Of a stretch of 64,000 bases of DNA, positions 8,749 to 18,132 are shown one piece after another. The DNA is from an uncultured Clostridia bacterium (GTDB lineage: Bacteria; Bacillota; Clostridia; Christensenellales; UBA1242). The notes under the pieces were generated by a model that was not told where the DNA came from, ran no database searches, and saw nothing but the letters and a program-made list of their open reading frames with translations. Made by a program: the position numbers and the translations under genes. The DNA is taken from positions 217,731-281,730 of the forward strand of contig CALWKE010000002.1 of NCBI GenBank assembly GCA_944381185.1, given 5' to 3'. The stretch's first letter is position 1. Every line of letters begins with the position of its first letter.

Positions 8749-9784
8749 ATTTATTCCTTTTCAATATTTTTTTTAGATTTAGTTTTTTCTTTGATTTATT
8801 TTTGATTTTTTTCATTTTTGTTGTTGTAACTTCTTTTGTTTCTTCTGGAATTGTTGCAAGTGAATAATCTTCTTGTTTCACAACATATTTAGTTGGGTTA
8901 TAAATTAAATTATTGCTTAAATAATATCTCTCACCTTCTATATTTAAGTATACAACCATATAGTAAATGGCTAAAAATACAAAAGTTGCTGGAATTAAAA
9001 CAATAAGTCCGGCAAAAAATGTGAATACACCAATAAAACTATTCACAAAAATTAATGTTAATGAAACAATAACACTCATTGAAAATATTTTTAAAAAGTT
9101 TTTAAAAACATTAACGATACTTTTTCCAAAAGCAACAAATGGACCTGAATTATTATCAACCATATAACCTACATAATAAGTAAAGAGTGATATTTTTACT
9201 GAATTTAATATGATTAAAACAAGCGAAAGAAAGAATAATCCAATAAGTGAAGACGCAATGGTTGTTGCCGCTATTAAATAAACATCAATAAATAAAATAG
9301 TTAAAAATGCAAATGGTAGGTTAAATAACAAATTTGCAAGAGCATATTTTATTGATTGTGATAAATTTTTAACTGCATTTTGAACATAGTTAACATTCAT
9401 ATTCATTGTAATTTTTTGTTGAATAATTGATGCTAAATTATAGAAAGACATTTGAATAAGAATGTATGGCAAAAGTATACCTAAAAAGATAAGCCCTAAA
9501 AGACTAGCCCAAATTGCAGAAAAATTATCAATAATAATTGTTAGAATATGTCTTAAAAATTCACTTAACTTTAGCGCCAATTCACTTGGTGAATGATAAA
9601 CAGTTTGAATAATAACTTCAAATTCATCAACAATAAAATTTTCTCTTAACAAAGAGATTAGTGGCAAAGTTGTTGCGTAAACACAAATTGCGAAGATAGC
9701 TCCGCAAATAAGCAAATAAAGCAATTGTTTCCAAACAAGTGTAAAGTTTGAAATAAAAAGCCTCACTGAATTCTTGTAAGACAT
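8735..9784 (-). CDS. Hypothetical polytopic membrane protein with a Lys-rich C-terminal tail
   Basis: 349 aa with at least 6 hydrophobic segments. RBS AAGGAG. No family recognised. Confidence 0.55.
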   Translation of the reverse strand: MSYKNSVRLFISNFTLVWKQLLYLLICGAIFAICVYATTLPLISLLRENFIVDEFEVIIQTVYHSPSELALKLSEFLRHILTIIIDNFSAIWASLLGLIFLGILLPYILIQMSFYNLASIIQQKITMNMNVNYVQNAVKNLSQSIKYALANLLFNLPFAFLTILFIDVYLIAATTIASSLIGLFFLSLVLIILNSVKISLFTYYVGYMVDNNSGPFVAFGKSIVNVFKNFLKIFSMSVIVSLTLIFVNSFIGVFTFFAGLIVLIPATFVFLAIYYMVVYLNIEGERYYLSNNLIYNPTKYVVKQEDYSLATIPEETKEVTTTKMKKIKNKSKKKLNLKKILKRNKYGRK

Positions 9785-9903
9785 AAAGACTCCTTACCTA
9801 TCAAAGTAAAATTAAAATATTTAAAAAAAACTTTAATCCTGCATTTATTATAATACTATAATAAAACAAAATCAAGTGTTTTAGCAATCATAATAATATA
9901 TGA

Positions 9904-9940
9904 AAAAAAGGAGAAATAAATAAATTATTTCCCCTTTTTT
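9904..9940. terminator. Bidirectional intrinsic terminator
   Basis: AAGGAGAAATAA-ataa-TTATTTCCCCTT hairpin with an A-run on one side and a T-run on the other. It lies just downstream of the holin-like gene on the minus strand. Confidence 0.75.
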
Positions 9941-9958
9941 GGTTATTATTCTTAATAT

Positions 9959-10588
9959 TTAATTTTGATATGTTTGTTCTTGTGCTTGCATTTCTTTTAT
10001 TTCTTCTTGTGAACATTCATTTTGTTGGTTAAGGCAAATATTGTCATTGTTTTGAATTAAAATATTATTATTAAAAGAATTTTCGCAGTTTTCAGTATTA
10101 TTTGTTGATATGTCATCAGTTGTATTTTCTTTTGATGATTCATCAATAATAGTTTTTGCTTCATCGTCAACATTTTCAATATTTTCATCAAGGTTATTAA
10201 TATTTTGTATTTGAATATTGTCTTGCTTTATGTCTTCAGATTTAAAATTATCAAACTCAACATTTTTATTTAATGATGTATCATCATTTTTAGTTTCAGT
10301 ATTGTCAGCATCTACACTATCAGGTTTTAATTCATCTAAACTTGTTTCTGTTGATGCTTCATTTGAGGTTATGTTGTTGTCATTTGTTGTAGTAGTCATT
10401 TTATTAGTTGGCGGAACAATTATGCCTAAAATAACCAGAATACCACAAAGAGTTGTTATTAAATCATTAAACAAACTTTCGTTAACTGAAAATCCAAATT
10501 GATTGCCAAGAAGTTTAATTAAAAGAAATATTGCACTTGATAAACTAACCCAAAAGTTATATGTTTTTATTCTGTCTTTGAGTTTCAT
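9959..10588 (-). CDS. Holin-like protein (phi-LC3/LL-H type two-TM N-terminus) with a long acidic Asn/Asp/Glu/Thr-rich tail
   Basis: The N-terminal 62 aa carry two TM helices (FWVSLSSAIFLLIKLLG and LITTLCGILVILGIIVPPTNK) in the pattern of class II Firmicute phage holins. The remaining roughly 145 aa are low complexity. RBS AGAGGGA. Confidence 0.55.
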   Translation of the reverse strand: MKLKDRIKTYNFWVSLSSAIFLLIKLLGNQFGFSVNESLFNDLITTLCGILVILGIIVPPTNKMTTTTNDNNITSNEASTETSLDELKPDSVDADNTETKNDDTSLNKNVEFDNFKSEDIKQDNIQIQNINNLDENIENVDDEAKTIIDESSKENTTDDISTNNTENCENSFNNNILIQNNDNICLNQQNECSQEEIKEMQAQEQTYQN

Positions 10589-10671
10589 ATTTCCCTCTAT
10601 TAAATAAAATTTTGTTAATTTTATATAGTTTTGATATGTTTTTTATATAAAAAATATATTTTTTTGCGTTT

Positions 10672-10923
10672 TTAATTCGTTTCATTAATCACCGACATGT
10701 TATCATCAAAGCAAACACAAAGTAAGTTATTAGTAATTTTTGAAATATAATTATAAGGATAGTTTTGAATTAAATTTGTTAGTTTTAAGGTGTTTGAAAT
10801 TGTAATTATATTTTTTGATATTGAATTATTAAAGATATAAAAAATCATTTCATTTTCTTTGTTTGCAAAAAGAGAAACATTAGTTCCATTAGATATTTTA
10901 TAGTTTCGGTTTGAAAAAATCAT
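10672..10923 (-). CDS. Hypothetical phage-cluster protein
   Basis: 83-aa ORF whose start overlaps the stop of the upstream gene by 4 nt (operon coupling). Confidence 0.4.
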   Translation of the reverse strand: MIFSNRNYKISNGTNVSLFANKENEMIFYIFNNSISKNIITISNTLKLTNLIQNYPYNYISKITNNLLCVCFDDNMSVINETN

Positions 10924-12914
10924 ATTGATATTTTGATAGCTAAATTTGCTATTACTCCTTCATTATTAGAGCCCAGTAAATCATACTTATTTACAACTAT
11001 TTCATATTGGTCAGTATTAACTGAAACATTTTCAATAAGCATAGAAGTTTCTTTTAAATTATAACCCACAATTGGTTCATCTTTATTATCCATAAAAATT
11101 AAAAGTGTATCTTTTAAAAATTCAAATCCTAAAATTTTAGTTTTATCAATCTCACTAGGAAATCCATTTGAAAATTCTGTTGGTGTGACATATCCAACAA
11201 GATTATAAATTTTATACGTAGAGTTATTATATTTTTGAATTAGGTATATTAAGTTGGTTGAAATATAATCATCTTCTTCACTTCCAAGAATTGATAAATT
11301 ATATTGATAAATCTGTGGATAAAAGTATATCCAGAGATATGGTTCGGTGGTTTTTTCAACAATAATTGCCCTGTTTTTTGTATATATTTCTTTTGTATTT
11401 TTTGTTAATGTTAACGCATAGTTGGTGAAAACATCATACAGAGTTTTATCACTATAGTGGTATACAATTCTGCATGCAACTGAATGTTCACCTTCACGAA
11501 GATATATCATCTGTCCATCAGAAAAATTATTTTTATACATTGCTAAAATATATGAAAATAAATATTCAGAAACAAGATAAGAATCATAAATAAATTTATT
11601 ATTTTCTTGGTCATAAGTGAAGTAAAGGGTGTAACCATAATGCTCTGGTTCAAGTATGAGTCCTAGCATGAATACCCCATTCTTTCCAAGTGTTATATCT
11701 GCATTAAAAATTTTATCAAGACTGTCAAATTTTTCAAAATTTGTTAAATCTAGTTCAGTAAGAACGAGTTCATTATTTGTAATTTTATATGAATATATAT
11801 AGGGTTCAGTTTTAGTGATAACAAAAACATTGTCTTCAAAACTTATTATTTTAAATATATTTTGAATTGTTATGTTACCTGTTTTGATTTGAGTTATTTG
11901 ATATTCGTTGTTTATATAACCATAAATAGTATCTTCAATAACAAAAAATATTTTATCACCATCTTTAGATAAAAACCTAGGAGTTGTGCTGTCAAAAATA
12001 TTATGAAATGGAAGTGTAATTTTATCTCCAAAATCGTTTGCATATTTGCCCGCATAAACATTAGTTTCTTCAAGATTAGTTGATAAATTTTTTATTGATG
12101 AATATGAATTTACATTTTCGCCTAAATCAACAACATAATGTGTTTTTGGAGTATAAGTTTGAGTTGTTGTGGTTAGTGTTTTATATTCTTGCAAGTTGAC
12201 CCTAGCAAAAGGCGAATTTCCAACTAAAAAAACAAGTTCATTGATTTCACCACTGCCTAAATCTGCAGAAAAATTTAAGTTAAGTCCGTCTGATTCAGAA
12301 ATTGTTAGTGAGGTTAAGTATTTTTCAGATGAAGTTGGTTCTTCTCTAAAAATTCGTTTATTAGGAGTTGTATTATTCCCTTTTACCACATAAATATTAT
12401 CATCAAGTCCAAGTCCTAACAAAAAGTTAATAAATTTGTTGTTACCACTAGTAAGCATAATTGAACTATCTTCTATAATAGTAAGATAAATATAAATTGA
12501 AAAAACAATTGCTTCCCCATTCTCTTTTTTTATTCCGTTTGGAAGTTCTTCGCTTATAAGTGAAAAGTAATTATAAATAATTGGATTATCTTCATTATTC
12601 GAAAGTCCTATTTCTTTAATGTATTTATCATTTAAATTTGCATCATCAATAATCACCGATTGTTTTATAAAAAGATTTCCATTTGATATGTCATTTTGTA
12701 AAATTTCTGTTTCAAGTTCATAGGTTTTCAAATAACTCGTTAAATGGTATTCAGTTTGATTTGTTGATGGCTCGCCAGATCCAACACTTGCATATTTATT
12801 AAAAGCTTCAAGATTTTTAAGTTTATCAAACACACTATTTAACATTGTGTTAAAAAATAAATAGTTTTTGTTTTTATATTTAAGCTCAATTTTGTTATGA
12901 AATAAAAACTTCAT
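10920..12914 (-). CDS. Large phage structural protein of unknown type (candidate tail or receptor-binding protein)
   Basis: 664 aa at the distal end of the structural operon. No recognisable motif. Confidence 0.5.
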   Translation of the reverse strand: MKFLFHNKIELKYKNKNYLFFNTMLNSVFDKLKNLEAFNKYASVGSGEPSTNQTEYHLTSYLKTYELETEILQNDISNGNLFIKQSVIIDDANLNDKYIKEIGLSNNEDNPIIYNYFSLISEELPNGIKKENGEAIVFSIYIYLTIIEDSSIMLTSGNNKFINFLLGLGLDDNIYVVKGNNTTPNKRIFREEPTSSEKYLTSLTISESDGLNLNFSADLGSGEINELVFLVGNSPFARVNLQEYKTLTTTTQTYTPKTHYVVDLGENVNSYSSIKNLSTNLEETNVYAGKYANDFGDKITLPFHNIFDSTTPRFLSKDGDKIFFVIEDTIYGYINNEYQITQIKTGNITIQNIFKIISFEDNVFVITKTEPYIYSYKITNNELVLTELDLTNFEKFDSLDKIFNADITLGKNGVFMLGLILEPEHYGYTLYFTYDQENNKFIYDSYLVSEYLFSYILAMYKNNFSDGQMIYLREGEHSVACRIVYHYSDKTLYDVFTNYALTLTKNTKEIYTKNRAIIVEKTTEPYLWIYFYPQIYQYNLSILGSEEDDYISTNLIYLIQKYNNSTYKIYNLVGYVTPTEFSNGFPSEIDKTKILGFEFLKDTLLIFMDNKDEPIVGYNLKETSMLIENVSVNTDQYEIVVNKYDLLGSNNEGVIANLAIKISI

Positions 12915-12916
12915 AT

Positions 12917-13939
12917 TTAATCTCCATAAGTTGAAATTGTAAGGCTTATTTTTGCATTGATGTTTTCTTGCTTATTAAGTGTTTCATTTTGAGATTCAAT
13001 TAAAAAGTTTGCATCATTTTCATCAGTTGTAATAACATAAAATTTTTGATTAAAATTATTAAAATAAGCATAACAAAACTTTAGTTTATAGTTATTATTA
13101 TATAATAATTTTTCATCAGATAAAATTAGATTATTATTTAAAATAACAAAATAACATTTTTGATTTTTAATAAAAGTTATAAGTGTGGAAGAATTATCTG
13201 TGCATGCAGATACATCTTGCACACCTGAAGAAACAAATATTTCATTTTTGTCATTGAAATTTGAATAAAATAAATTGCCTGCTGTGTCAACTCTAAAAAG
13301 TAATAATACTTTGTTTTGTGAATTATAAGCGAAAGAAAATGATTTTGCTGATTTAAATAAATTAAAGTCTTCAGAGTTGAATGACCCAGTGGTTTTATCC
13401 ACTTCTTTGTAAAATAATTGATAGTTATTTAGATATGCCAGCAAAATGTTATTTTCAGTTTCAATGGCTTGATATTTAATATTATTTTTTGTATCAATTA
13501 ATCCCCAAACTGAAAGTGAAACTAAACTCAATGTTACTAATTTATTTTCGGTTGGAGTTATTTCAATGTATATGTCGCTTTGTGTTGAAATTAAAGGATT
13601 ATAAGCCTTCATAATTGAAATTTGATTAAATCCATTTGATAAAGTTTTTGTTGATTTATAAATTGAAATATTATCAACTATAAGTGAAAATGTAACTTTT
13701 TGTGATGTTGTTAAATTGACATCTATTAGCATTTGAAAATATATGCTTGAATTTTTTGTAACTTCAATTTGTGCTATTTGAACTTTTTGTGTCGTTAAAA
13801 TTGAATAGTTAAGAAGATTTTTTGTAAATGTTACATAATTGCTTGTTTCAGTTTTTTCGTTTGAAGTTTCACTTATTTGCTCAATTTCATCTTCAAGTTC
13901 ATTTGTTTTGTTAAGAAGTGTTTTAATTTTATCAATCAT
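12917..13939 (-). CDS. Phage structural protein, unknown function
   Basis: 340 aa, 2-nt gaps to both neighbours, N-terminal coiled-coil-like acidic segment. Confidence 0.45.
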   Translation of the reverse strand: MIDKIKTLLNKTNELEDEIEQISETSNEKTETSNYVTFTKNLLNYSILTTQKVQIAQIEVTKNSSIYFQMLIDVNLTTSQKVTFSLIVDNISIYKSTKTLSNGFNQISIMKAYNPLISTQSDIYIEITPTENKLVTLSLVSLSVWGLIDTKNNIKYQAIETENNILLAYLNNYQLFYKEVDKTTGSFNSEDFNLFKSAKSFSFAYNSQNKVLLLFRVDTAGNLFYSNFNDKNEIFVSSGVQDVSACTDNSSTLITFIKNQKCYFVILNNNLILSDEKLLYNNNYKLKFCYAYFNNFNQKFYVITTDENDANFLIESQNETLNKQENINAKISLTISTYGD

Positions 13940-13941
13940 AA

Positions 13942-15339
13942 TTAATCCTCAATAGTTGAAGTTAAAATATATATTGAATTAATCATAAAACTTTCATCAC
14001 TTTCAATAGTTAATTCAAAAACATGACCAGTAAATCCTAAATTTTCAAAACTTTTACTTCCGTTAATTGACAAATAATATTCATCTAAATCAGATGTTAG
14101 TGTTATGTTATAATTTCCAATTCCAGAAATTTTAAATTTTTTAATAGTTTTCTTTTCATAATCATTAATTATAAATTTGTTAAATCTAATAATTTTATGT
14201 TTATCTATCAGTTTATTTTTGGCAAGTCTTAAAATTTTATATTTATTGTTATTTGAAGTAAGTGCTAGCAATGAGTAGTTATTAATGGTTTTAAGCAGAT
14301 AAATATCATTAACTTGACCAATGTTATAAATATTGCAATTCTCTTTTTCAATATTAAATTCTAGTATAACTGTTTCTAATATGTCATCTATAAGCATTTT
14401 CGTTAGCAAATAATAATTATTGTTATATGATAAAGATTTGAACTCATCGCATTTAATGAGTGTGGTAAATTCATGAAACATTTCTTTTGTATCATTTCCA
14501 TCAAAAATGTAAAGACCTGATGTTGTTAAAAATATTAAATAGTCATCAATTGTTTGAATTGTGTTTTTAATGATTTTAGAATTAATTGCACAAGAATATT
14601 GCAATCTATAAATATTTGAAACTATTGAAAATTTTGCAATACCGTATTGTTGAACAATGTAGATATAATTTTTATAAACAACAATATCAATTATTTCACC
14701 ATACATAGAGTTAATTTTAACTTTTTCATACTCATTATACATGGTTGGTAAATCTTCAATTTCAAAATTATCCGAAGCTATATAAAGATAATTTTTATCA
14801 TTATTAACCAAAAAGAAATATTGATGGTTATAGTCTAAAATTTTTGTTATTTTTGGGAGTGACAAAATAGTTAAAGGAAGTTCGTTGTTTTGTTCAAATA
14901 ACAATAAATTATCATTTGAAGAAAAAATGTAAAGTTTATTATTAAAAGTTAAAAATGTTGGCAATTTATTAAAAGTTATTTGAAGTGATTGAAAATTTTT
15001 AGTTTCAATATTTAGTTCGAATAATGAAAATGTATTATTAACAACAAAAATTCTGCTTTTGTAAGATGAAGTTTCAGAATCAAAATAGTCATAAAAATAA
15101 ATAAATATAATAGTATTAATAAAATTTTCATTATTACATTTAAAATCAATATAATCTTCCCCATTAAAAATTTTTAAGAAAAAATCTTCAAATCCAGATA
15201 GTGGTTCAATAACATTATTTTGGATTGTTAAATTTGATATTGATGAAATTTTTAATTCATTTTTAAAAATTTTATTTATATTTAACTTGTCTTTAAAGTC
15301 AATGAATGTAAAACTTTTACTTGATTGTTTCATTTGCAA
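13942..15339 (-). CDS. Phage structural protein, unknown function (candidate tail hub or adaptor)
   Basis: 465 aa, overlaps the upstream gene by 10 nt. Repetitive beta-strand-like pattern. Confidence 0.45.
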   Translation of the reverse strand: MQMKQSSKSFTFIDFKDKLNINKIFKNELKISSISNLTIQNNVIEPLSGFEDFFLKIFNGEDYIDFKCNNENFINTIIFIYFYDYFDSETSSYKSRIFVVNNTFSLFELNIETKNFQSLQITFNKLPTFLTFNNKLYIFSSNDNLLLFEQNNELPLTILSLPKITKILDYNHQYFFLVNNDKNYLYIASDNFEIEDLPTMYNEYEKVKINSMYGEIIDIVVYKNYIYIVQQYGIAKFSIVSNIYRLQYSCAINSKIIKNTIQTIDDYLIFLTTSGLYIFDGNDTKEMFHEFTTLIKCDEFKSLSYNNNYYLLTKMLIDDILETVILEFNIEKENCNIYNIGQVNDIYLLKTINNYSLLALTSNNNKYKILRLAKNKLIDKHKIIRFNKFIINDYEKKTIKKFKISGIGNYNITLTSDLDEYYLSINGSKSFENLGFTGHVFELTIESDESFMINSIYILTSTIED

Positions 15340-15902
15340 AATGTAGACTTAAATCGTCTTTCCCTTTTATTTCTAACCTTAAAAATTTCATTTAAAAATT
15401 TAGTTTTCCAAAATTCACTTTCATTAAAAAGATTTTTACTTGCTAAAAATTCACTAACAACTCCATAACATAGTATCTTTTTTAAAGTATCAGAAATTTT
15501 CAATTCAGAATCTAAAGTTGAAATTTCTGGTGGAAGATATTTATAATTGACAAAATATGTTTTATTTGATTCAGACAACAAAATATGGTCAGAATATATT
15601 TTAAAATTTACGACATTATTAAATTCGTCATAAATATAAAGAATTTTAAGTGGAGCAAAATCAAATTTATAATAATATATATTTTTATTTGAATCAGAAG
15701 ATATTGGTTGAGTGTGAGTTATTTCTAAATAATTTTCACAGAGTGATGAAAATGTGTAGTTAAAATAATTAATTAATCTTAAAATATCATTTCTAATTTG
15801 TTCATTTTCAATATCAGAAATATCATTTGTGTTTTGAAGTGCAACAATTATATCGTCACGATTTAATAACATTGCACACTTTATTAAAAAGTTTTTTAAC
15901 AT
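15330..15902 (-). CDS. Putative head-tail adaptor or head-completion protein
   Basis: 190 aa, second gene after the capsid gene. Assignment rests on position only. Confidence 0.35.
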   Translation of the reverse strand: MLKNFLIKCAMLLNRDDIIVALQNTNDISDIENEQIRNDILRLINYFNYTFSSLCENYLEITHTQPISSDSNKNIYYYKFDFAPLKILYIYDEFNNVVNFKIYSDHILLSESNKTYFVNYKYLPPEISTLDSELKISDTLKKILCYGVVSEFLASKNLFNESEFWKTKFLNEIFKVRNKRERRFKSTFCK

Positions 15903-15904
15903 TG

Positions 15905-16288
15905 TTAGCCCTCGATTATTTTATTTATATCACCTTTTGAAATATTTGAAGTTCGTTTTGAATAATTAATCAGTTCAACAGATTTCAGGGTAACATTATC
16001 TTTTAATTTTTTTATATTTTTATTTGTTAAATTATAATTATATTTATCAATATTTTTAAATAATAAATTGCTTTGTTCGATTCGTGTTGATTGCAAATAT
16101 TTTATCAAATTCAATGATAATGAATTGGTTTTTAAGCAAATTTGATTGTTTTTTGCAGTATTTATAACAATAAAACATTTTTCTTTATTATTAAATAATA
16201 ACTTATAATTTACATCTATTTTGGTTATTAAATTATAATAATTAAACATATCTTTATATGGAACGCAATATTTAAGTATATTTTTCAT
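15905..16288 (-). CDS. Hypothetical phage head-associated protein
   Basis: 127-aa ORF directly after the capsid gene and its stem-loop. Confidence 0.35.
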   Translation of the reverse strand: MKNILKYCVPYKDMFNYYNLITKIDVNYKLLFNNKEKCFIVINTAKNNQICLKTNSLSLNLIKYLQSTRIEQSNLLFKNIDKYNYNLTNKNIKKLKDNVTLKSVELINYSKRTSNISKGDINKIIEG

Positions 16289-16302
16289 ATATTATCCTTA
16301 AA

Positions 16303-16330
16303 TTAAATCCACACTTATGTGTGGATTTAA
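16303..16330 (-). other. Perfect 12-bp stem-loop immediately after the capsid gene stop
   Basis: Plus strand reads ttaaatccacac-ttat-gtgtggatttaa. On the minus strand it is not followed by a clean U-tract. Confidence 0.6.
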
Positions 16331-17518
16331 TTATGATTCACTAATTCCAGTAATTTTGGCTTGTCCGCTTGGCTTATTGCAAATAATGTCAGCATACTTA
16401 ACAAGTGTAGCTTGGTATGTTGGTTTTCCAAGAGTTTGTTTAATTACCCTGCCATCTTCACCTTCAAGCCAGCTCCAATCACAAAGTTGATGTAAATTAA
16501 ATTCACTTGTGTTAAGCAAAAACATTGTATTTTCAGGTGCAAATCTGTCAGAAACAACAGGAATGCCATTATAAGAAATGGCTTTAAAACCACCTTCAAG
16601 ATTCATTACATCAACATTGCTTCTGTAAGATGAAAGGTATGATTGATAATTTCTTTTTACTCCAGCCGAGCAAACTATAAAGTCTACTTTACTGTCAGCA
16701 GTTTCTTCAAGTTCATCAATTGCTTTTTGCATAACAACTTCAGAAATATTTGTTGTGCTAGTAGATTTGATATCTTTAATATAAGGAACCATCCAAGAAT
16801 AAGAACTTCTGTCAAGTCCATAAAGTGTTCCTGATGATTTAAAAATAGCACCAAGTCCAGTAATTTCATTGTTGTATGAACCTTGAACACAAAGGCTATA
16901 ACCAGTTTTAAAGGCACTAGCACTAAATGACGCTGTTTCAAAAGAAACAATTTTATTTGTTCTATCAATTGATTTAATTCTCAATGATTTTCCATTTGAT
17001 GCTTGTGTTCCATCTTCATCTTCAATAATATCAACGACCATGCCTTCCATTAAATTTTTAACACTATCAACTGTAACAGTTGTTGTTGTGTTTTCTGTTA
17101 TAGAAGCAAGTTTTCCACTTCCGTCGCCATAAAGCATTCTACCAAAATTAAATGCACTGGCCTTAATAAGACCATCCATTTCGGCATTAAGTAAGTTGAC
17201 AAAAGCACCAGCAGAACTTTCAGATGCTCGAATTGCTTTGTCAGAAATTTCAATTCTTCCATAAAGGTTTTTTAAACTTAAAACAAATTGAGCATAATTG
17301 TTGCCCGCAGAAGATGGCAAATTACCATCTTCAGTTCCTGCACCAATACCACCATTTAATCCGTAAGGTGCAAGTTTTCTTATTTCTTTTCCCCAAACAT
17401 CAGCAGTTGTTTGATTAATTTTTGCAAGAAGTGGATTGATAGAAGTGTTAAGTTGATTTGAAAGCACGCCAAGATAAACTTCTTTTAATGCACTATCTGC
17501 AGTAGTTAAAGTTACCAT
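16331..17518 (-). CDS. Major capsid protein (probable HK97 fold)
   Basis: 395 aa, directly downstream of the portal and scaffold genes. Gly/Ser/Ala-rich composition unlike the rest of the window. Size and position fit an MCP. Confidence 0.8.
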   Translation of the reverse strand: MVTLTTADSALKEVYLGVLSNQLNTSINPLLAKINQTTADVWGKEIRKLAPYGLNGGIGAGTEDGNLPSSAGNNYAQFVLSLKNLYGRIEISDKAIRASESSAGAFVNLLNAEMDGLIKASAFNFGRMLYGDGSGKLASITENTTTTVTVDSVKNLMEGMVVDIIEDEDGTQASNGKSLRIKSIDRTNKIVSFETASFSASAFKTGYSLCVQGSYNNEITGLGAIFKSSGTLYGLDRSSYSWMVPYIKDIKSTSTTNISEVVMQKAIDELEETADSKVDFIVCSAGVKRNYQSYLSSYRSNVDVMNLEGGFKAISYNGIPVVSDRFAPENTMFLLNTSEFNLHQLCDWSWLEGEDGRVIKQTLGKPTYQATLVKYADIICNKPSGQAKITGISES

Positions 17519-17526
17519 AAATTCTC

Positions 17527-18132
17527 CTATTTAAGCATTTTTGAAAATATTTCCCCAGCCTCTTTTACTGTTCTTGGCTTATTTTCATTTGGCGAAAAAT
17601 AAATATTTGTTGAATTGCCAGCAATAACTTTTGGGCTTTGTGAAATATTATTTAAATTAGACAAATAGTCAGAAATTATTTTTTCTTTTATTTCATTATT
17701 TGAAAAAATGTATTTGTCTAAATATTCTGGATTGTTTAAAAGATTTGCAGATTTATTAGATGCAGACTTGGCGATTTTTAATGCAATTTGGTATCTATTT
17801 GGCAGATTATTAATTTCATTATCATTAATCAAAATCTCCTCGATATCCTTTTTATATTCATCCATACCAGACTTATTTAAAAACTCGTCAAGTGTTTCAT
17901 TATTTTGAAAAAACGCACTTTCTCCATATTCTTTCTGAAATTCTGCTAATTTTTGGCTTTTTCTCGTAAATTCTGCTTCTAAATTGTTATATGCGTCTAA
18001 CAAACTTTTTACATCTTTAAACTTTCCGTAAATAGAGCCGTCTTGATTTTCTGAATCAAAATTATTTTGAATTTGTTCAGTTTCAAGAACAGGTTGTTCT
18101 ATAATTTTATCTTCCATATATACCTCATTCAT
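17527..18132 (-). CDS. Scaffolding protein
   Basis: 201 aa, acidic and helical, lying between the portal and capsid genes. Confidence 0.6.
   Translation of the reverse strand: MNEVYMEDKIIEQPVLETEQIQNNFDSENQDGSIYGKFKDVKSLLDAYNNLEAEFTRKSQKLAEFQKEYGESAFFQNNETLDEFLNKSGMDEYKKDIEEILINDNEINNLPNRYQIALKIAKSASNKSANLLNNPEYLDKYIFSNNEIKEKIISDYLSNLNNISQSPKVIAGNSTNIYFSPNENKPRTVKEAGEIFSKMLK

Noticed and set aside
16643-17418. ORFs 16643-16834 (+), 16684-16968 (-) and 17224-17418 (+) within the capsid gene
   Set aside because: They are nested in or antisense to the capsid CDS, have no independent signals, and the same-strand one is out of frame.
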